DNA from: Flavobacteriales bacterium
Lineage (GTDB): Bacteria; Bacteroidota; Bacteroidia; Flavobacteriales_G; JALEGO01
Reading direction: 5' to 3'
Length of the DNA stretch: 64,000 nt
Assembly: GCA_020628935.1 (NCBI GenBank)
Contig: JAHDEG010000006.1
Span: 142,986-206,985 of the forward strand
Under the pieces are notes generated by a model, which ran no database searches, had not been told where the DNA came from, and saw only the letters and a program-made list of their open reading frames with translations. This document shows, in pieces, positions 58,333-64,000 of this stretch (its first letter is position 1; each line of letters opens with the position of its first letter). The translations under genes were made by a program, and so were the position numbers.

Positions 58333-60201
58333 ATGAATGATAATAAATACGATGTAATTGTTGTAGGAGGAGGTCACGCTGGTTGTGAAGCAGCTTGTGC
58401 AGCCGCTAATCTTGGATCTAGTGTTTTGCTAATTACAATGGATATGACTCGAATGGCTCAAATGTCATGTAACCCCGCAATGGGTGGAGTGGCTAAGGGA
58501 CAAATCGTCAGGGAAATTGATGCTCTTGGTGGTCAATCTGGTATTGTAGCTGACAACTCTGCAATCCAATTTAGAATGCTTAATCGTTCTAAAGGACCGG
58601 CAATGTGGAGCCCACGGACACAAAATGATAGAACACTGTTTACACTTGAGTGGAGAAATATATTAGAGAATACTAATAACCTATCCTTTTGGCAGGATGT
58701 AGTTCAAGAACTTATAATTGAAAAAGATAAAGTTGTTGGCGTTAAAACTGGTTTAGGTTTAGAGCTCAAATCTAAGGCTGTAATTCTCACTAGTGGTACA
58801 TTTATGAATGGGCTTATCCATGTTGGAGAGAAGAATTTTGGAGGAGGAAGAATGGCAGAAAAGTCTTCTAAAGGTATAACTGAGCAGTTAGTTGCTAATG
58901 GATTTAAAGCTGGCAGAATGAAAACTGGGACTCCGGCACGTGTAGATGGAAGGTCATTAAATTTTGCTTTAATGGAAGAACAAATGGGTGATGAGTGTTC
59001 CTATATGTTTTCTTACACGAAAACTAAGCCACTAACAAAGCAAAGGAGTTGTTATATAACATATACTAACAAAGAGGTACATGAAGTTCTTAAAACAGGA
59101 TTTGATCGTTCTCCGATGTTTAATGGAGCTATTCAAGCCTCTGGTCCAAGGTACTGCCCTTCTATAGAAGATAAAATTAATAGATTTTCAGAGCGTGAGC
59201 GCCACCAGTTGTTTATCGAGCCCGAAGGTTGGAATACCCATGAGATTTATGTAAATGGTTTCTCAAGTAGTTTACCATTAGATGTTCAACATGAAGCTAT
59301 GAGAAAAATAGTAGGTTTTGAAAACGTTAAGATTTTCAGACCTGGTTATGCTATTGAGTACGATTATTTCCCTCCTCAGCAACTAAAGCTTACATTAGAA
59401 ACTAAAGGTATCAATGGCTTATATTTTGCCGGCCAAATTAATGGTACAACTGGTTATGAAGAAGCAGCTTGTCAAGGTTTGATGGCTGGTATTAATGCGC
59501 ACAATTCTATTAAGGGTATTGATCCATTTATTTTAAAAAGAAATGAAGCTTATATTGGCGTTCTTATAGACGACTTAGTGACTAAGGGCACTGACGAACC
59601 ATATAGAATGTTTACGTCAAGAGCTGAATATAGAATTTTATTAAGGCAAGATAATGCCGATCAAAGATTAACTCCCAAAGGGTTTAAATTAGGATTAGCT
59701 TCTGAAGAAAGAATGAACAAACTTGATGATAAAAAAGTAGTTTTATCGTCAATTGAAAAAGAAATTAGAAATACTAGTGTCACACCTGATGAAGTAAATA
59801 CTTATTTAATTTCTCAGACATCAACTCCAATTAAACAAAAAGTTAAGATTCATTCTTTGCTTGTTAGGCCAAACTTAGAAATTAAACCATTGTTAGATAA
59901 AAGTGAAAAAACTAAAACTATTTTAGATCAGAATTACTCTGAAGAAGTTTTTGAAAGTGTCGAAATTAAATTAAAATATGAAGGATATATTAAAAACGAA
60001 ATGGAACGGGTCGAGAAAATTAACCGTTTAGAAAACATTCATCTACATCCTGATTTTGATTATTCTTCCTTAAAAGCTTTGTCTTCTGAGGCAAGAGAGA
60101 AACTAAAAGAAATTAAGCCAAATACGTTAGGTCAAGCAGGAAGAATTAGTGGTGTTTCACCTGCTGATGTTTCTGTGCTGATGGTTCATTTAGGTAGATA
60201 G
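58333..60201 (+). CDS. mnmG: tRNA uridine-5-carboxymethylaminomethyl(34) synthesis enzyme MnmG (GidA)
   Basis: [56 protein letters not shown]; ATG at 58333. Confidence 0.98.
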   Translation: MNDNKYDVIVVGGGHAGCEAACAAANLGSSVLLITMDMTRMAQMSCNPAMGGVAKGQIVREIDALGGQSGIVADNSAIQFRMLNRSKGPAMWSPRTQNDRTLFTLEWRNILENTNNLSFWQDVVQELIIEKDKVVGVKTGLGLELKSKAVILTSGTFMNGLIHVGEKNFGGGRMAEKSSKGITEQLVANGFKAGRMKTGTPARVDGRSLNFALMEEQMGDECSYMFSYTKTKPLTKQRSCYITYTNKEVHEVLKTGFDRSPMFNGAIQASGPRYCPSIEDKINRFSERERHQLFIEPEGWNTHEIYVNGFSSSLPLDVQHEAMRKIVGFENVKIFRPGYAIEYDYFPPQQLKLTLETKGINGLYFAGQINGTTGYEEAACQGLMAGINAHNSIKGIDPFILKRNEAYIGVLIDDLVTKGTDEPYRMFTSRAEYRILLRQDNADQRLTPKGFKLGLASEERMNKLDDKKVVLSSIEKEIRNTSVTPDEVNTYLISQTSTPIKQKVKIHSLLVRPNLEIKPLLDKSEKTKTILDQNYSEEVFESVEIKLKYEGYIKNEMERVEKINRLENIHLHPDFDYSSLKALSSEAREKLKEIKPNTLGQAGRISGVSPADVSVLMVHLGR

Positions 60202-60215
60202 TTTCACGTGGAACA
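60200..60215. promoter_or_regulatory. parS centromere site (second copy)
   Basis: AGTTTCACGTGGAACA overlaps the mnmG stop codon; 15/16 identical to the first copy. Confidence 0.88.
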
Positions 60216-60254
60216 TTTACGTATTTAATCATTATCCGTATCTCTTTAAATGAT

Positions 60255-61166
60255 ATGAATCTTCTCAAAACTTATCTTATATTATTACTCTTCGGTGCTT
60301 CTACAATTCCGGTAAGTGCTCAAATGCTATCAGTAAACCCGGACACCAAAAACGATTACTTATTTACTACTCTTTCACACTTTAATCCATTATTTGTAAA
60401 CAGAAACAATTTAAAGTCAGTTAGAGTTGAGGTTTCATACAAACGAGATGGTGATCCTATCATTAAAACAAATCTTTTTCATCTTTACGAATTTGATAGA
60501 AATGGAAGGCTAGTTAGTCAAATAGAAACATACAAAAAATCATTAAGTGAGATTGATAGTTCATTAATAAGATATTATTATAATAAAGATAATAATATAG
60601 TAAAAGAGGAGAGAAGAGATGCTAAAGGAAACTTTAAGTATGTTTTCAATTATAACAAAAATGAATTATCAAGAAAGACCTATTACCGAGAAAAAAAGTT
60701 AGATTCGGTTAATACTAAAGATATAATTGTTTATGAAGAGGGTTACTCTTGGGACACACTTTCTTACGATTCATTGACTGAAATAGTTGGGTACGTATAC
60801 AATGATATCGGGAAAAAATATAAAAAGTACTATTGGGTGTACTCTAAATCTGGTTCGCTATTGGTTAATGGTTCAAAACTATTAATGAATAGTTTCGGAT
60901 CAGAGAAACGTTATTTTTATGATCAGTTTGGCCGGGTTTATAAAATTGAGAAGAGAAATCTTTCTGATGAATCAAAAAAAGAAACTACTAACTTTTTTTA
61001 TGATGATGAAGGTCATCTCTTAGAAGAAAGAACAAAAATTAAGAATATTTTAAAAAATAGGAGCGAGTATATGTACGATGAGGCTTTAATGGTAGATACT
61101 CAGCTTTTAAGAGACGAAGAAACAAATACAATACACATCTATAAATTAACATATTTATTTTATTAA
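60255..61166 (+). CDS. Hypothetical exported protein with YD-like repeats
   Basis: Signal peptide; YEFDRNGRL, YFYDQFGRV, FFYDDEGHL. Confidence 0.75.
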   Translation: MNLLKTYLILLLFGASTIPVSAQMLSVNPDTKNDYLFTTLSHFNPLFVNRNNLKSVRVEVSYKRDGDPIIKTNLFHLYEFDRNGRLVSQIETYKKSLSEIDSSLIRYYYNKDNNIVKEERRDAKGNFKYVFNYNKNELSRKTYYREKKLDSVNTKDIIVYEEGYSWDTLSYDSLTEIVGYVYNDIGKKYKKYYWVYSKSGSLLVNGSKLLMNSFGSEKRYFYDQFGRVYKIEKRNLSDESKKETTNFFYDDEGHLLEERTKIKNILKNRSEYMYDEALMVDTQLLRDEETNTIHIYKLTYLFY

Positions 61167-61185
61167 ATAACTGATAATCAATTAA

Positions 61186-62370
61186 TTAATTTATAATTTC
61201 GTTCTTTTCTAACATTTTAAAGGGCTCTATTTTCGATAATTTCAAAGAAACTGTAATCCATATCAGTATACACGGAAATACTTTGATGTAATAAGGTACA
61301 ATATACGCATCTCTAATAAATTTTGGGAAAATGTCTGTCGGAGACAAAACAGTGAAAATTATCATTAAAACGTATAAAGTATTATTAAATGTATTTTTAG
61401 TTGAAATAAAATACCAAAGCGAACATCCTAAAACAGCAATAATAAAAGTTGGTGATTCAGCTTTGTGATTAAAAATTACTACCCATATTAATATACTTGC
61501 CAAAACAAAGAGTTTCGTTTTCGAATTTAATTCATTTTTGAAAGCTATTATTATTGATCCAACTAGCAAAAATAGTCCTATAATTAAAACATGTGTTTTA
61601 TAATCGTAAACATCAAAAAAGTTTGATAAAAAGCCAACTACCGAAATTCCGTAAGAGATACTGTGGTCATTTTTAAGCAGTAAATACCATTGTTGGTATT
61701 GGTATAAAAATTCCTCCCATCCAATAATTGGTAACGGAATTAATAATAATAATAACCCTACAACTATGCTTTGTAAGATTGTTTTAAGTTTATTAGGATA
61801 AAAAAGAACTAAAATTATTGCCAATCCTCCAAAAAGTTTAATAAATATTGTTGCTACAATTAATACTATAGCACCAGTATTTTTACCCTCCTCCAAAAAG
61901 ATATATGCCCAAATTAACATCCCAGCAATTAGTCCATTACTTTGTGCGTTTTGAAGGGCTGTAATAGCTTCAATGAGTATTGCTACTAAAACTATCCATA
62001 AATTATCTTTATTGTTATTAGAAACCTTTAAAAAGCCGAGTATGAGAGGAAGGACGTTTAACAAGTTCCAAAAAAACAAGCCCACGGCATCTGGTAATAG
62101 ATAAAAAGGCACCATAATTAAGGCAAATGTGGGACTGTATTTATATAAATCCCACTGCTTGCTTAAATACAGATCATATAAACTGTTGCCTTCTATTAAA
62201 TTATAAAAAGAAGTTTTAAAAATTACATAGTTATTGTAATGTGTGTATACTTCGCTTGAGTCACCAAAAGTTTTCTCACCTAATAATATACTTTGAGCTG
62301 TAATTGCTAATGCAACAAGTATAGTTATTACAACTATTATATTTTTAAAGCGGTACAATTTATTTTTCAA
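61186..62370 (-). CDS. GT87-like (DUF2029) membrane glycosyltransferase
   Basis: YNNY.IF, DLYKYSPTFAL, QNAQSN, IKL, FNHKAESPT; multiple TM helices. Confidence 0.82.
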   Translation of the reverse strand: MKNKLYRFKNIIVVITILVALAITAQSILLGEKTFGDSSEVYTHYNNYVIFKTSFYNLIEGNSLYDLYLSKQWDLYKYSPTFALIMVPFYLLPDAVGLFFWNLLNVLPLILGFLKVSNNNKDNLWIVLVAILIEAITALQNAQSNGLIAGMLIWAYIFLEEGKNTGAIVLIVATIFIKLFGGLAIILVLFYPNKLKTILQSIVVGLLLLLIPLPIIGWEEFLYQYQQWYLLLKNDHSISYGISVVGFLSNFFDVYDYKTHVLIIGLFLLVGSIIIAFKNELNSKTKLFVLASILIWVVIFNHKAESPTFIIAVLGCSLWYFISTKNTFNNTLYVLMIIFTVLSPTDIFPKFIRDAYIVPYYIKVFPCILIWITVSLKLSKIEPFKMLEKNEIIN

Positions 62371-64000
62371 TAAACAGTATTTGCTGAGATAGAGTATTAT
62401 TAATTTTTAGTAAATAAATACCCGTCTTAAACTTTAAATCATTTAATTGCACGGTTGTTAATTCGTTATATGTATTAGAAAAAACTTGGTTGCCTAATAC
62501 GTCATAAACATGAATGTTGTTTATTTTATTTTTGGAAGATTTTACAGCTAAATTGCCAACAGTTGGGTTAGGATATACTTCAAAAACATTATCACTTGTA
62601 ATACTATTAACACTCAAAATATTATTACAAAAAGTAGTGTCAGGGTTGTTTTCTATATAGCCTAAACTTTCTAAGTTTTTGCCACTAAATGCTTCATAAC
62701 TTGTAGGATATCTGTAAAATCTAAAATTTAAGTTTGCATTTGCAGCAATTGAGTCTCCCTGACTAACTGGCGAACCACTAATCATTGGGTTTTCATATTC
62801 CCAAACAACCTCTTCTATAGGTGTAATTTCAAAGGTATAACCAGATCTTCCATCACAAATTAATGTATTGCCATTTTCTAAGCGCTGAGCTCCAGATAAT
62901 CCTGTAGAAAACATTTTTTCAGGAGGATCAGTCGTATATGTCCACTCAAAGTTTGAAGGAGAAAATGTTCCACCAGAAACAGTATCATATTGCCATTCGT
63001 AATCAATAAAAATTGGGCTTATAATATTTACTGAGGAGTAAGTATCATTTACACGATTATTAAAAACCATTATTTTGTCTTTGTCAGGATGCCCATTACT
63101 TAAAGCAACATCCATCCAATGAGCATCATGTTGAAAAAATAGTTTTTGATCACTTGCAGTTCCTTTGTTAAACGCAATCGGGTTTCCCCACCTAAACATT
63201 AAATCTCCGCCTTTACCAGATAGCCCTCCAGAATTTGAAGTCGCTTGGTTGGTACTGGTACTATGATCAATAATCCATATTTCGTTAAAATAAGGTATGC
63301 TTAGCATTATTTGATCTAAAGTTGGGTTGTAATCAATAGAGTTTGCGTGTAACCAATCTGCATCTCCATCATGAGTATCAAAATTTATATTTATTAATTC
63401 TGGGTGTTCTGAAACCACTCCAAAATTATCTTTTGTAGAATCAAAATCTTGAATTAAATGATCCCAAACACTCCATTCCCACACAATTTCAAAATCGTTA
63501 TTACTGTTTGTTAAATCTGGTTCAATTTCAATAACTCTTTCTGGCCATAACTCATCATCTGGTAAATTTGTGGTATCTCTTCCGGCTTGTATTGCTTCTG
63601 CTTTTGATTTATGTTCCCATGCAATTGCTAAAATATTACCATTAGGCATTGGTGCTATATCATGATGTAATCTTCCTGTACTGTCATTTAAAGAGTAAGT
63701 CCAAAGTAATTGGTTATCCCAATCCCTAATCTCAATGGTTTCGCCACCGCCACCAGCCCAAATAGCATCTCCTGTAATGGCAGCATCTCTTTTTGCTTTA
63801 ATTAGGTTTCCATCCTTCATTAAATATGCGGTATTAGCGGGTCTAAAATTGCTGCTATCCTCCCACTTATGCACAATTTCACCACAGTTATTTAATAAAA
63901 AAACGGTTGATTGATTATGAGGATAGTGAATGTTATACCCGTCAAACGCTTTAGCAGGATCATAAGAAAGTAAACCAACAGTATTTTGAGCAATTACACT
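62360..64000 (-). CDS. Aryl-sulfate sulfotransferase-like beta-propeller protein with T9SS CTD; 5' end beyond the window
   Basis: The frame stays open to 64000 (SVIAQNTVGLL...). Motifs HHDIAPMPNGN, DWLHANSIDY, FFQHDAHW, GAQRLENGNTLI; CTD VYPNP...GIYLLK. Confidence 0.85.
   Translation of the reverse strand, partial: SVIAQNTVGLLSYDPAKAFDGYNIHYPHNQSTVFLLNNCGEIVHKWEDSSNFRPANTAYLMKDGNLIKAKRDAAITGDAIWAGGGGETIEIRDWDNQLLWTYSLNDSTGRLHHDIAPMPNGNILAIAWEHKSKAEAIQAGRDTTNLPDDELWPERVIEIEPDLTNSNNDFEIVWEWSVWDHLIQDFDSTKDNFGVVSEHPELININFDTHDGDADWLHANSIDYNPTLDQIMLSIPYFNEIWIIDHSTSTNQATSNSGGLSGKGGDLMFRWGNPIAFNKGTASDQKLFFQHDAHWMDVALSNGHPDKDKIMVFNNRVNDTYSSVNIISPIFIDYEWQYDTVSGGTFSPSNFEWTYTTDPPEKMFSTGLSGAQRLENGNTLICDGRSGYTFEITPIEEVVWEYENPMISGSPVSQGDSIAANANLNFRFYRYPTSYEAFSGKNLESLGYIENNPDTTFCNNILSVNSITSDNVFEVYPNPTVGNLAVKSSKNKINNIHVYDVLGNQVFSNTYNELTTVQLNDLKFKTGIYLLKINNTLSQQILFIEK

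Noticed and set aside
60153-60168. Third parS site within mnmG (TGTTTCACCTGCTGAT)
   Set aside because: Only a half-site, explained by the conserved GVSPAD codons.
1-64000. CRISPR arrays, tRNA/rRNA genes, IS elements, prophage or defence systems
   Set aside because: I saw no repeat-spacer arrays, cloverleafs, or transposase, integrase, nuclease or phage motifs. The methyltransferases lack DNA-MTase motifs such as DPPY/NPPY or PCQ.

Overview
AT-rich chromosomal window of a Bacteroidota bacterium, probably Flavobacteriales-like. Evidence: the sprA-ruvA pair, T9SS C-terminal sorting domains, TAnnTTTG promoters and the DUF4175-ybeY-mnmG block. I found no rRNA, tRNA, CRISPR array, prophage or transposase. 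In order, the window holds sprA (running off the left edge and missing from the ORF track), ruvA, era, der, a GT2/GT2/GT-C-TPR trio, trpS, paaZ, kynU and a ~17 kb glycan locus (21.3-38.3 kb). Then come a T9SS M36 peptidase, MMPL-rmlA-polyprenyl synthase, folK, a long AT-rich divergent gap (candidate oriC), DUF4175-HATPase-ybeY-mnmG with two parS sites, GT87 and a T9SS aryl-sulfotransferase-like gene that runs off the right edge. The best candidate for an undescribed system is the glycan locus: two convergent YfhO (GT-C) paralogues, GmhA, five glycosyltransferases, five SAM methyltransferases and a Wzx flippase, with no recognisable polymerase or export genes. That fits a short, heavily O-methylated glycan attached to proteins or lipids outside the cytoplasm. 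Other signals: two genes that appear to need non-canonical starts (ybeY ATT, GT4 ATC), a Flavo-1-like hairpin element between era and der, and a LytTR-type 21-bp-period repeat before the M36 peptidase. All family calls come from motif recognition; no database search was run.
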